A stretch of 63,710 nt of DNA. Source: a virus (lineage: Duplodnaviria > Caudoviricetes). The notes beneath the pieces are model-generated. The model had not been told where the DNA came from and ran no database searches. It was given only the letters and a program-made list of their open reading frames with translations. The DNA is taken from the IMG/VR virus record IMGVR_UViG_3300024182_000006, positions 1 through 63,710 of that record; one strand, given 5' to 3'. Positions 1 to 8,587 of the stretch are shown here, one piece after another. Numbering within the stretch: the stretch's first letter is position 1; each line of letters begins with the position of its first letter. The translations under genes and the position numbers were made by a program.

Positions 1-147
1 GGGGGCCGCGAACAGGGGGGGGGGAGGCGGGCAACAGGATGGGGACGCGAGAAGGACAGCAGATACGACTGTGGGAATGAGTACGTCAAGTTTCATATGA
101 ATAACTCCTCCTTGTGGTGTTGCACGAATAGTATAGCACGTGGATGC
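1..147. repeat. Terminal direct repeat (left copy); circular assembly overlap
   Basis: Bases 22-147 are identical to 63585-63710. Bases 1-21 match 63564-63584 with 4 mismatches, consistent with a low-quality contig end. Confidence 0.95.
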
Positions 148-158
148 TCACATTGGAA
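130..158 (-). promoter_or_regulatory. Promoter for the late/morphogenesis arm (extended -10 TG-C-TATACT, possible -35 TTCCAA)
   Basis: Minus strand reads TTCCAA-N17-TATACT with TG at -15/-14. It lies upstream of the AGGAGG RBS and ATG of the gene starting at 63659, read across the circular junction. Confidence 0.6.
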
Positions 159-416
159 TGGGTATTTTTTCTTTTTGCGGCGGCTGAACGTGCAGATTCA
201 CGGTCACCGATCCCACCCCCAGGATAATTAAAGAGATCCCGCAAATAACACTCGGCACCGACAGTTATTAGTACAAGCAGCGCCGGGGCGGTGGGTGGGG
301 GCGGGGGGCTGGTGTAACGGGGCTGGTGACGGGGTGGGGGGAGTGTTCCACGGATGTTCCACGGGGGTCGAGGCACGGGGGAGTTGTTACAAACCTGTTA
401 CAGTTAGCGTTGCGAC

Positions 417-445
417 TTGACAACGATCGAGTCGCGGCCGATCAT
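417..445 (+). promoter_or_regulatory. Putative sigma70 early promoter
   Basis: TTGACA(417-422)-N17-GATCAT, upstream of AAGGAG RBS and ATG 497. The -10 is weak. Confidence 0.45.
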
Positions 446-496
446 GGGTCACGAGTAGCAGAAAGTACACACTACTCACCCCGTAAGGAGCCCAAC

Positions 497-679
497 ATGA
501 CCACTGAGTACACCGCACTCGCAGCCACCCTCATCCAGCTCGACCAGCCCGTGCTCATCGGAGCCGTACCGGAGGGGGGTTACTGGTACGCCCGAGCTAC
601 CGACCTGGCCACCGTGGCTGAGCTGCGGAAAGAGCTAGCGAGGGAATGGCGGGAGTACAGACAGCGACGCCGCCAGTAG
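497..679 (+). CDS. Small early hypothetical protein
   Basis: AAGGAG RBS then ATG 497; 60 aa. Confidence 0.6.
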   Translation: MTTEYTALAATLIQLDQPVLIGAVPEGGYWYARATDLATVAELRKELAREWREYRQRRRQ

Positions 680-683
680 CCAG

Positions 684-734
684 CACCCTGCTAGGGCTCC
701 CGACCCGGTGGGATCGGGGGTCTTGTGGAGGGTG
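684..734 (+). terminator. Long GC-rich hairpin (terminator or RNase III-type processing site)
   Basis: agggctcccga pairs with tcgggggtctt, flanked by caccct/agggtg arms, directly after stop 679. Confidence 0.4.
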
Positions 735-737
735 ACT

Positions 738-977
738 ATGGCCACTAACACGGCGGATACGGCGGATACGGTAGCTTTACAGGCAGAGGCTAGGAGACTA
801 GGAGCACTCGCCATCCGTCACCATTTACGTGGTAGTGAGGACGTAAGTGCTCATTACGCTAGACTTGCAGCTAGGGTCGCGGAATTCTCATTCCCAGACT
901 TTCCCACGCAAACAGTTATTTGTACAAACGAGCGGGAAACGCGTGGAACCGTGTACGAAATCGCTGACGTTCCATAG
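738..977 (+). CDS. Early hypothetical protein
   Basis: GGAGG RBS, ATG 738. Confidence 0.5.
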   Translation: MATNTADTADTVALQAEARRLGALAIRHHLRGSEDVSAHYARLAARVAEFSFPDFPTQTVICTNERETRGTVYEIADVP

Positions 978-984
978 TTGCCTA

Positions 985-1013
985 TTGACAACGCCTCTAG
1001 CAGAAAGTACATT
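985..1013 (+). promoter_or_regulatory. Sigma70 early promoter
   Basis: TTGACA(985-990)-N17-TACATT(1008-1013), upstream of AAGGAG and ATG 1056. Confidence 0.7.
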
Positions 1014-1055
1014 GATACCACAACCGCAACGCGAGACAACAAAGGAGCAGCCGCA

Positions 1056-1463
1056 ATGAACATCATCCAAGATCACCTCTACATCTGCCGGCGCGCCGGA
1101 GCGAGCTACCTTACCCCCGGCCGCGTCTACCGAGCCGCCCACGTGGGCAAACGCGAGGTCTACCTGTGCAACACAACCGATGGCGCTGGGACGTCCGTGA
1201 GCTGGTGGGAGCTCGATCCCAGCGCACTCCGCGCGCGGGTCGAACTGGCCGAACTGGACGAGAACTTCACGCCCGTTCACCGCTGGGTTGACGCCGAGAG
1301 CGGCGATCCCTTCCAGCGCTGCGCGAATGAATGCGGCTGGTGGCGCGAAGGAGCACGAATGTGGCACATGGACGCAACCGGCAAGATGACGCCCGTCCCG
1401 CCGAGCTATCTCCCTGGCAATATCCCGCCATGCGTGCCGCCGAATGGGGAGGTGCGCTCATGA
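1056..1463 (+). CDS. Early hypothetical protein
   Basis: RBS plus ATG 1056; stop overlaps the next start (ATGA). Confidence 0.7.
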   Translation: MNIIQDHLYICRRAGASYLTPGRVYRAAHVGKREVYLCNTTDGAGTSVSWWELDPSALRARVELAELDENFTPVHRWVDAESGDPFQRCANECGWWREGARMWHMDATGKMTPVPPSYLPGNIPPCVPPNGEVRS

Positions 1464-1864
1464 AAGCAACCTACGGCGGTCACGAACTCCCCACATGGGA
1501 CGAGGGCAGCGGCCCGGTTTGGGTCTACATGGAATCGCTCGGCCCCGTCGGCGTGGTGCGCGCCGAGACATGGGAAGAGGCTTGGGAGTGCGTGGTCGAC
1601 GAGATCATGGGTGACGCTGACGTCGACGATCCCGATACGTGGCAGAGCGGCCGGCCGGACATCCCACGCGAGCTCGCTGAAGGATGCTACTGGCGCGGCT
1701 GCGGCGTACCAAGCAACCCCCACCGCACGTCACCAATCGCCGCTGAGGATCTGAATGGGTCGTTTCTCATTCGCTTGGAGGCATTGGACGACGAATGGCG
1801 CGAGAAGCTGACGGTCACACTCGACGACGATGATGACAACAACGGAGGGGAAACGCAATGCTAA
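1460..1864 (+). CDS. Acidic early hypothetical protein
   Basis: GGAGG RBS, ATGA coupling, D/E-rich. Confidence 0.7.
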   Translation: MKATYGGHELPTWDEGSGPVWVYMESLGPVGVVRAETWEEAWECVVDEIMGDADVDDPDTWQSGRPDIPRELAEGCYWRGCGVPSNPHRTSPIAAEDLNGSFLIRLEALDDEWREKLTVTLDDDDDNNGGETQC

Positions 1865-2109
1865 CTGAGATCGAAACGACTGAAGAGGAGTGCAATCACA
1901 ACCTGCTGATCTGCCAGATTGTCGACCGGCGCCACGTGGGAGACTCGCCTCTATCCATCGTGCGCTACGTGCTCTCCCGCATGAAGAAAGGTGCTTGGAA
2001 GAAAACGCCCAAGCCCGATCGCCGCGAGATCATCCGGCACTCGATCGAGCACCACATTCGCTGCAATCGCGGTCTGTACAACTTCGTGGTGATGGGAGGC
2101 GTTCGATGA
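1858..2109 (+). CDS. Early hypothetical protein
   Basis: GGAGG RBS; coupled to its neighbours. Confidence 0.65.
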   Translation: MLTEIETTEEECNHNLLICQIVDRRHVGDSPLSIVRYVLSRMKKGAWKKTPKPDRREIIRHSIEHHIRCNRGLYNFVVMGGVR

Positions 2110-2609
2110 GCACAGCGCGGCCAAGCGAGTACGACAAACACGCGGACGAGTTTCTCGCCAGCCACGGCATCACATTCACCGCAAAGCTATCGCGCCGCGG
2201 TCCGATGCCATTCGATCAGCCAGACACACACCGAGATATCTACGAGTGCACGTTCACGCGCGAGGGAGACAAGCCGCTCGTCGTTGTCTTCGGCCAATCC
2301 CTCGCACGCTCGAAAGACTTCATCCAACAAGAGAGGAAGGCGTTAGAGACCCGGGGCTTCAGGCCCTCAGAGATCGATGCCCGACTGACAGCGAGAGGTT
2401 ACGTCGTCCAACCGCCAACAGCATACGACGTTCTCGCCTGCCTGACGAAGAGCAATCCCGGCTCGTTCGAGCAGTGGTGTGATGAATACGGCTACAACAC
2501 GGATTCGCGGCGCGCCCACGCCATATGGACGAACTGTCACGACGAATATGCACGCGTCACGCGATTCTTCACGTCGGAAGAGATGAGCATCATCGAGGAG
2601 ATCAGCTAA
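2106..2609 (+). CDS. Conserved-type phage early hypothetical protein (PTAYDVLACL...FEQWCDEYGY.TDSR motif)
   Basis: ATGA coupling. The motif resembles a widespread uncharacterised phage/mobile-element family (from memory). Confidence 0.7.
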   Translation: MSTARPSEYDKHADEFLASHGITFTAKLSRRGPMPFDQPDTHRDIYECTFTREGDKPLVVVFGQSLARSKDFIQQERKALETRGFRPSEIDARLTARGYVVQPPTAYDVLACLTKSNPGSFEQWCDEYGYNTDSRRAHAIWTNCHDEYARVTRFFTSEEMSIIEEIS

Positions 2610-2637
2610 TGTCGACTGATAACGGAGAGGTGATCTC

Positions 2638-3306
2638 ATGAAACGGTGGCGTGTAAGAGACGGATATGAGCAGTGGGACATGTGTGTCTACGCCGCATCA
2701 GCCATCGAAGCGATGGAACATGCACGCGAGTCGGTGACGTGGGAGAGCTACGGAGATAACGCGTCAGAGGAGGGGTCGTTTGCCCTTCGCCTGACTGTGG
2801 TCAGCGAGGATGAGGATGAGGACGGCTGCCCCGTCGAGGAGCTAACGGAGATGATCGTCACCAATCCCCCTGAGCCCAAATGTTGGGAGGGATCGGAGCA
2901 TGATTGGCACGACGCGCCCGATCGATGCCGCGAGAACATCCCTGACCCGATCTCCCTGTCGATCGATGTGTGCCTGCTCTGCGCGTCCCGCCGGGAGGAG
3001 GGAATCAGGACGAGTGATTGGGGAGAGCAGTACACCTGCATCCGTTACCACCAGCCGTCAGATGCCTCACGACGATACGCGGACAACCGGCTGATCGAGA
3101 CAGCCGACGTCGAACTCGATGGGGAGAAGGTAACAGGCGGACGTTATCGCTACTACGACAGCGCGACGGGAAGCTATTGGCTCTGCGACATGGACGATGT
3201 CCTAGAGCTGGGGCGTCGGCTGACACGAGGCACCGAGCCGGGTGACTGCTATTCGCGCTGGTGTCAGGACATTGATGCAGAAAAACAGGAGTTAGGGGAT
3301 AGATAG
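2638..3306 (+). CDS. Acidic early hypothetical protein with Cys/His cluster
   Basis: GAGGTG RBS; 222 aa, strongly acidic. Confidence 0.7.
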   Translation: MKRWRVRDGYEQWDMCVYAASAIEAMEHARESVTWESYGDNASEEGSFALRLTVVSEDEDEDGCPVEELTEMIVTNPPEPKCWEGSEHDWHDAPDRCRENIPDPISLSIDVCLLCASRREEGIRTSDWGEQYTCIRYHQPSDASRRYADNRLIETADVELDGEKVTGGRYRYYDSATGSYWLCDMDDVLELGRRLTRGTEPGDCYSRWCQDIDAEKQELGDR

Positions 3307-3307
3307 C

Positions 3308-3943
3308 GTGCGCGTCCTTATTGCCTGCGAATTCTCTGGCGTCGTCCGCGACGCATTTAGGGCACACGGTCATGATGCATGGTCGTGTGATCTACTGCCG
3401 AGCGAGCAGCCAGGCAACCACATCCAAGGAGACGTACGGTTATGGTTGGGGGAGCGATGGGATTTAATGGTCGCGCATCCGCCATGCACGTTTTTGGCGC
3501 AAAGTGGTGCAAGTCGCCTCTATGTCGGCGGCCGTAGAGAGAATGGGCGAGATCTGGAGCGTTGGGCGCAGATGATCGATGCTGCGCGATTTTTCAGCGT
3601 TCTATGGAACGCTCCGATTCCCCGGATAGCGATTGAGAATCCGATCATGCTCGGTTACGCGAAAGCGCTGATAGGCGTCGAGCAGACGCAGATTATACAG
3701 CCATGGCAGTTTGGCCATGGCGAAACTAAGGCGACCTGTCTGTGGCTTCGGGGTTTGCCGCGACTTATCCCAACAAACATAGTGTCAGGTAGGGAACCTC
3801 GCATATATCTCGTGAGTCCCCACCCGGAGCGGTGGAAAGAACGCAGTCGAACGTTGCCAGGCATCTCCGCTGCGATGTCAGAACAGTGGGGGTCTGAGGA
3901 AGCTAAGCACACGGAGCGCCTTTACTCGGAGGAGGAGCCATGA
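3308..3943 (+). CDS. Minimal DNA (cytosine-5)-methyltransferase-like protein
   Basis: N-terminal VLIACEFSG, catalytic AHPPC (motif IV), IENP (motif VI), K.TCLW and C-terminal RSRT.PG.S.AM..QW; little or no target-recognition domain. Confidence 0.75.
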   Translation: MRVLIACEFSGVVRDAFRAHGHDAWSCDLLPSEQPGNHIQGDVRLWLGERWDLMVAHPPCTFLAQSGASRLYVGGRRENGRDLERWAQMIDAARFFSVLWNAPIPRIAIENPIMLGYAKALIGVEQTQIIQPWQFGHGETKATCLWLRGLPRLIPTNIVSGREPRIYLVSPHPERWKERSRTLPGISAAMSEQWGSEEAKHTERLYSEEEP

Positions 3944-3982
3944 CACCAAGCGATAAAAAGGATACGACGAGGAAAATGAAGA

Positions 3983-4186
3983 ATGAGCCCACGGCGGAGA
4001 GTGAGCAGACGCGCAGGGGAGAAGCTCTACAAAGATATCGCTCGCGCCCTTGCACGAGCGGCGGCCGGTAGCAAATGGCCGTGTGGCCACGATTGCAAGT
4101 GCCAGCGTGGGGAATGTCCCTGCTCCTCCGCCGAGTGCCGGCCAGCATGGATAGAGGAAACCCGCATAGGAGGAAGGCATGAATGA
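3983..4186 (+). CDS. Small Cys-rich hypothetical protein
   Basis: Fits the operon; CGHDCKC..ECPC...C. Confidence 0.45.
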   Translation: MSPRRRVSRRAGEKLYKDIARALARAAAGSKWPCGHDCKCQRGECPCSSAECRPAWIEETRIGGRHE

Positions 4187-4370
4187 GTACGAATGGGAAG
4201 TGCAGGCCGATTACGGATATGGCGATGGATTCGAGTGCGTCGCTACCGCCACCACCCGTGCCGAGGCGGTGGGGTATCTGAGAGATTACAAGACAAATGA
4301 GCCAAGCACCCCTCTACGGCTGCGCTGGCTTCGGACAAAAGCAACAGATACGAAGGAAGAGATAAAATGA
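4179..4370 (+). CDS. Small early hypothetical protein (EVQADYGYG...A...LRDY..NE type)
   Basis: AGGAGG RBS; coupled to its neighbours. Confidence 0.65.
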   Translation: MNEYEWEVQADYGYGDGFECVATATTRAEAVGYLRDYKTNEPSTPLRLRWLRTKATDTKEEIK

Positions 4371-4876
4371 AGAAAACAAAGAAGATCAAGATCAAATCAA
4401 GCTGGCTACAGCCTCTATGCACATCGCCGAATTGGGTGAGTAATGGCCACTGGATGATCTGGCGTAATCGCGTCACACTCCCGAGCTCTCTGCCGATCGA
4501 CCACCCCGTGGCCGACGACGTATTCGAGAAGCTAATCGGCAGTGGGATTGCCGATCCGTCTCTCATCCAGTTCCGACGCACCGATTGGACGTACCGTTCC
4601 TCCTTCCGGCTCTTCACGCCCATAGACACTGTAGATGTCGATGTTCCAGCCTCTCTCTGGCTAGGCGACGATTACGTGTCGAGCTTCGAGATCGAGTCTA
4701 TCTGGGCTCCCCAGGACACACGTCAAGGGGTCATGTGCCTCGATGCGACACAGCCGGGCGACGTTCGATTCGCTCTCATGTCGTGCGTCGTCGGCGAGAT
4801 CGACTTGGCACCGATCCATCGTCTCGTCTCCACAACCAACCGCCATACAGCCAAGAAAGGAACCCCCTACCAATGA
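4367..4876 (+). CDS. Hypothetical protein, possible beta-clamp-like fold
   Basis: ATGA coupling. WVSNGHW and C-terminal FALMS echo the ATDGHRL / YVLMP motifs of clamp domains (weak). Confidence 0.5.
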   Translation: MKKTKKIKIKSSWLQPLCTSPNWVSNGHWMIWRNRVTLPSSLPIDHPVADDVFEKLIGSGIADPSLIQFRRTDWTYRSSFRLFTPIDTVDVDVPASLWLGDDYVSSFEIESIWAPQDTRQGVMCLDATQPGDVRFALMSCVVGEIDLAPIHRLVSTTNRHTAKKGTPYQ

Positions 4877-5061
4877 TCCCTTCCAACACTCCCACGCCTC
4901 TCATCATCGTGCACGAATACCCCCGTCCCATCCATCACTACTGCCTTACCTGCCGCTCGACTCTGAGCAACAGACAACTCGTCAACCACCTCCGCCTCGG
5001 CCATCGCATCGACGCCGATACCACCGATTTTGACCACCTGGGGAATGAAACCCCCGATTAA
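4873..5061 (+). CDS. Small C2H2-like zinc-finger protein
   Basis: ATGA coupling; CLTC...H...GH. Confidence 0.5.
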   Translation: MIPSNTPTPLIIVHEYPRPIHHYCLTCRSTLSNRQLVNHLRLGHRIDADTTDFDHLGNETPD

Positions 5062-5063
5062 CC

Positions 5064-5320
5064 ATGTTGCTTAACGCGTCCCGGACAGGGAACGCGTTAA
5101 GCTACATCATCGCCTCAAAGCATCAAATAACTATCGATACAGCAGAGGTCGTCAAATTTGAGAGCAAAAAATTGCACGATAACAACACTGAAAAGTGCAA
5201 AAGGTACAGGAATAAGTCTCGAAATCCCGATGTTGGTAGAGTCGCTCTCCCACCCGGGAGAGCTACTCTACCTATGAAATTCACCCGTATAGCAGATAGT
5301 ACCGATCGTACTTTATGCTA
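5064..5320. other. AT-richer region with three long inverted repeats (candidate origin or structured element)
   Basis: Hairpin arms 5064-5082/5088-5107, 5235-5251/5256-5272 and 5290-5302/5308-5320. Confidence 0.5.
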
Positions 5321-5418
5321 CAGAGGCTGCGCCTTTATCGGACCGAGCGCAATAAAGAGTATATGAATCTTAAACCTTACCGAGATCGCCAGAGACCGCC
5401 GAAAATACAAGGAAAATT

Positions 5419-5793
5419 ATGTGCCCACGTCATTCCGACCCGTTAGTGCGCCTCCGCCGAGTCGATCCGGCCTACGACCGGGAGGTCACCAGCGCCATTG
5501 CCGAACGCCGCTTGGATCAGTGCAGTTGTGGCGATCCTGTATGCGCGGCGCGGCAAGCCAAAGCCGCCCAAGGGTACCGCTACCGCAAGGGGAGTTGGGA
5601 GACTGCCGACCACCGCTTCCAACTTACCTGGCACTCGACCCGTGGCTGCCCCTCCCCATCATGGCCGGAGGGGGAGCTTGAGCTCATCGACACGAACCCC
5701 CCACCGGGAAGGGAGGCGGTACGGTGGTGCTCGACGCTGAAAGAGGCGCGGGCGGCGATCCGCTCCCGCATCCTCGGGGGCGGGTGGTGGTAG
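5419..5793 (+). CDS. Hypothetical protein
   Basis: AAGGA RBS; 124 aa. Confidence 0.6.
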   Translation: MCPRHSDPLVRLRRVDPAYDREVTSAIAERRLDQCSCGDPVCAARQAKAAQGYRYRKGSWETADHRFQLTWHSTRGCPSPSWPEGELELIDTNPPPGREAVRWCSTLKEARAAIRSRILGGGWW

Positions 5794-5926
5794 CCGCAAA
5801 CGCTACAGGGTCGCCGTGGCGAGATCGGAGGGTGGGAGGTAGGGTGGGATGGGTTGTGGGTAGATCGAGCCGTGACGACGGCAAAGAATCGAAATCTGAA
5901 AGAAGACTCGCGATGAGTGGGGCAGA

Positions 5927-6079
5927 TCAAAGCCAGGGGCGGCGGTTGACCAGCTCCACGATAACGACGATCACCACGATGATGAGGAGTAGGTGGATCA
6001 GGGAACCGCCAACATGGAAGCCGACGCCACCAACCCAGAAGAGCAACAGGAGTATGACGACGATCCATAGTGGACTCAT
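5927..6079 (-). CDS. lmo0937-family (DUF5670-like) small membrane protein
   Basis: MSPLWIVVILLLLFWVGGVGFHVGGSLIHLLLIIVVIVVIVELV has the family's LW..G...GG.LIH.LL pattern with two TM helices; 50 aa from ATG 6079. Confidence 0.75.
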   Translation of the reverse strand: MSPLWIVVILLLLFWVGGVGFHVGGSLIHLLLIIVVIVVIVELVNRRPWL

Positions 6080-6122
6080 GACAGGGAACAGGTGCGAGAG
6101 CAATGCCAATAGGGAAAAGGGA

Positions 6123-6521
6123 TTACTCGTCGGAGGAGGCGTCAGAGGAGGCGTCGGAGAAGGGGGTGATCTGGCGGACGTGGATCGGGGTGCCATTGTC
6201 CCAGGGGACCAGAGCGATGCGAGGGAGGGGGTCAACCGGCTCCTCGGGGGGAAGGGGCTCAGTCTCCTCGGGTTTGGTGGGAGGGAGAATCGAGTCAGGG
6301 GGTCGGCGGGAGCGAATGGGGCCGCGGCCAGTGGCTTCGCGGATCACCAGACCTACCATCCACACGCGACGGCAGCCCGGGCAGCGGTGACGATACCCTC
6401 CACGAAAGCGGAACGAGAGGAGCTTCTGGCAGTTGGGGCAGGTGAACACGCCGCTCTCAGCGCGTCCGCGAATGATGACAACGGCGTTGGGGGTACGGGG
6501 CAAGCTGGACTTACGAGGCAT
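6123..6521 (-). CDS. Zinc-ribbon protein
   Basis: CPNC...CPGC; has its own extended -10 promoter at 6533-6549. Confidence 0.55.
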   Translation of the reverse strand: MPRKSSLPRTPNAVVIIRGRAESGVFTCPNCQKLLSFRFRGGYRHRCPGCRRVWMVGLVIREATGRGPIRSRRPPDSILPPTKPEETEPLPPEEPVDPLPRIALVPWDNGTPIHVRQITPFSDASSDASSDE

Positions 6522-6532
6522 ACGGGATTAGG

Positions 6533-6549
6533 ATATTAGCACACACGTG
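6533..6549 (-). promoter_or_regulatory. CACGTG-N2-TGC-TAATAT promoter
   Basis: Extended -10 ends 11 nt upstream of ATG 6521. Confidence 0.5.
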
Positions 6550-6663
6550 ACGAAGAGGAGTTGGCTGGGGTGGGATGTGTGGAGCGAAGAGGCTGGAAAC
6601 AGGGGAGTTATCCCAAGTACGGGATCAGCTTACCAAAAAAACGCGGGATAGAGGGCAGGAATT

Positions 6664-7155
6664 ATGGCTGTGGAGCAGGGGGAAGGGTATGTGTACCTGC
6701 TTCACTCATCGGCTCCCTGGCGAGGCAAGCGGCATTGGATCGAATGGGCTCCGAGTCCCGCAGCTGTCAGAGCGAGAGTGAGAGCAATCCGTCTGGGGAG
6801 AGTGCCTGAGCGTCGGATCAAGGCGATGCGCACGCGGGGGATCAAGATCAGGGTGGGCCGGCTCTGGCCAGGGACGAGGGGTGATGCTGAATGGAGGAGG
6901 GAATCCGGCAATATGGCGCGCTCGTGTCGGATCTGTCAGCGCAATAGACTGGCCAAATCATCCGGCAAGAGAAAGCTGCGAGGGCCGCAGGAGCCACGGG
7001 GATTTGCGAGATTGTCGGAGGAGCGGCGCCGGGAGATCGCAAGCAAAGGCGGCCGTACAACACGAGATAGGGGCTCAGCGCGCCGTTGGACGACCGAGAC
7101 GGCGAGGATCGCGGGATCGATCGGTGGGAAGAGAAAGAAAGGCGGGCGACGATGA
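6664..7155 (+). CDS. GIY-YIG-like domain fused to a KGG stress-induced repeat
   Basis: N-terminal GYVYLLH...RHWIEWA and C-terminal GFARLSEERRREIASKGG...ARIAGSIGG. Confidence 0.65.
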   Translation: MAVEQGEGYVYLLHSSAPWRGKRHWIEWAPSPAAVRARVRAIRLGRVPERRIKAMRTRGIKIRVGRLWPGTRGDAEWRRESGNMARSCRICQRNRLAKSSGKRKLRGPQEPRGFARLSEERRREIASKGGRTTRDRGSARRWTTETARIAGSIGGKRKKGGRR

Positions 7156-7424
7156 ACAGAGGCCAGCGTAGACATGTTCCTTGGAGTGCTCTGATCCAAC
7201 CCCACCAACATCGGAGGGTCGATCGGTGCGGGTGGTGTGAGCGCGAGATGGTAGTGGGGGAGCGGGCTGGGTGGCTGCTCACCCGCGCTGGGGAGTATAA
7301 GCCGGCGTGCTCGGTCGCCTGCACGGAGGCGAGTGCGATGAGACAAGCGTGGCGAGCGGTAGGTCACCTCCTCCTCGCCTCTCTCTGCTTTGCCCTGGTC
7401 CTGTTCCTGGTGATCGTGCAATGA
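7152..7424 (+). CDS. Zn-binding protein with C-terminal TM helix
   Basis: CGWC...CSVAC and a hydrophobic tail; ATGA coupling. Confidence 0.55.
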   Translation: MNRGQRRHVPWSALIQPHQHRRVDRCGWCEREMVVGERAGWLLTRAGEYKPACSVACTEASAMRQAWRAVGHLLLASLCFALVLFLVIVQ

Positions 7425-7666
7425 GCTCGTCGCCGAGTACGCCGCCGACCACGTCCGGCCAGTGCCCCCACGACCGTCTGGTGTACGAGTGGACGTATCT
7501 GCTCGGCCAGGGGCGGGCAAGGGTGAGTTGGGATTGTGGAGGATGCGGGAGGCGAGGGACGGTGACCATTCCGATGGTAGAGCTGGGATTGCCGGCGATC
7601 CATCGGGCGATCGACACGGCCGAGAGAACTGCGGTGGAAGGAGGAGATGGGAGTGGAAGTGAATGA
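7421..7666 (+). CDS. Small Zn-ribbon hypothetical protein
   Basis: CPH...CGGC; ATGA coupling. Confidence 0.5.
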   Translation: MSSSPSTPPTTSGQCPHDRLVYEWTYLLGQGRARVSWDCGGCGRRGTVTIPMVELGLPAIHRAIDTAERTAVEGGDGSGSE

Positions 7667-7788
7667 TGAGGAGTGCGTGCGGCATCGGCGGCATCGGGAG
7701 GAATGGTGTGAGGATCATGGGGAGGACGAGTCGCACGATCTGGTGTGCGTTCATTGTCTGGAGACAGTGGGGCGGTGTGTGAGCTCGT

Positions 7789-8187
7789 ATGGAGGCTCCC
7801 GAGTATGCGCAGTCCTGGAACTGGTGGGTGACGTATTCACAGGAGATGACGTATCCACAGGAAAGGCGGTGGTCAGTGCGCTACAGACGAAGCGATCCGA
7901 TCCCTGATCCGCGTCAACCGTTCCGAGCAGAGGACTCGGTTCTGCTTCAGGTGAGATTGCCCGCGTCCCTGGGGGAGTTGGTACGGAGAGATGCGGCGGA
8001 GAGGGATGCGGTGATCCGCGATGGCATTCAGCGGCTACGGAGATCGAAGGGCAAACGTACCGAGGAGTATCAGGAGCTGGTGACGCTGCGGCGAGGGGTG
8101 AGCGGATGGCTCACCGATCTGCTCATCGAGTTCTACACGACAGGGCAGGTGACGACGGGAATGGTGAGAGGAGATGAGGGGAAATGA
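7789..8187 (+). CDS. Hypothetical protein, possible ribbon-helix-helix DNA-binding
   Basis: LLQVRLPASLGELVRRDA...VSGWLTDLL; start uncertain. Confidence 0.45.
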   Translation: MEAPEYAQSWNWWVTYSQEMTYPQERRWSVRYRRSDPIPDPRQPFRAEDSVLLQVRLPASLGELVRRDAAERDAVIRDGIQRLRRSKGKRTEEYQELVTLRRGVSGWLTDLLIEFYTTGQVTTGMVRGDEGK

Positions 8188-8522
8188 GACGACTATCAGA
8201 ACAGAGATCACGAGTACTGGGGAGTGTGGCGCGAGGGGTGCGCACTCACCGCCTACGCGCGGGACTCTCCCAACAAGCCCTAGCCGATCGGGTGGGAGTG
8301 AGCCAGCAGGCGATCTCCAGCATCGAGGCGGGTACCCATTCGATCTCGGTGTGGGGGCTGTGGCGGCTGTGTGCGGCTCTTCGTTGCACTCTCGAGGAGA
8401 TCCTCCTCTGGGCGGATCAGCCACTGCTCGGCCGGGATGGATCGATTCAGTGGATGAGGGGGCGGCCGCTAAAAGAAAAGCCCCTGGTGAGGGGACCAGG
8501 GGCCGGGGACCGCAACAGCTAG
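8184..8522 (+). CDS. XRE-family HTH regulator
   Basis: VRTHRLRAGLSQQALADRVGVSQQAISSIEAG...LCAALRCTLEEIL. Confidence 0.85.
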   Translation: MRRLSEQRSRVLGSVARGVRTHRLRAGLSQQALADRVGVSQQAISSIEAGTHSISVWGLWRLCAALRCTLEEILLWADQPLLGRDGSIQWMRGRPLKEKPLVRGPGAGDRNS

Positions 8523-8587
8523 CAAGTAGCAATCAGCGCATTGGGAGGCGCGTCGTGATGATGAGAATCCTAACATACCTGACCTGC

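Noticed and set aside
1-147. Terminal repeat as a biological T7-like direct terminal repeat
   Set aside because: Its length and noisy first 21 nt fit an assembly overlap, and it cuts through a gene. Physical ends need read-level analysis such as PhageTerm.
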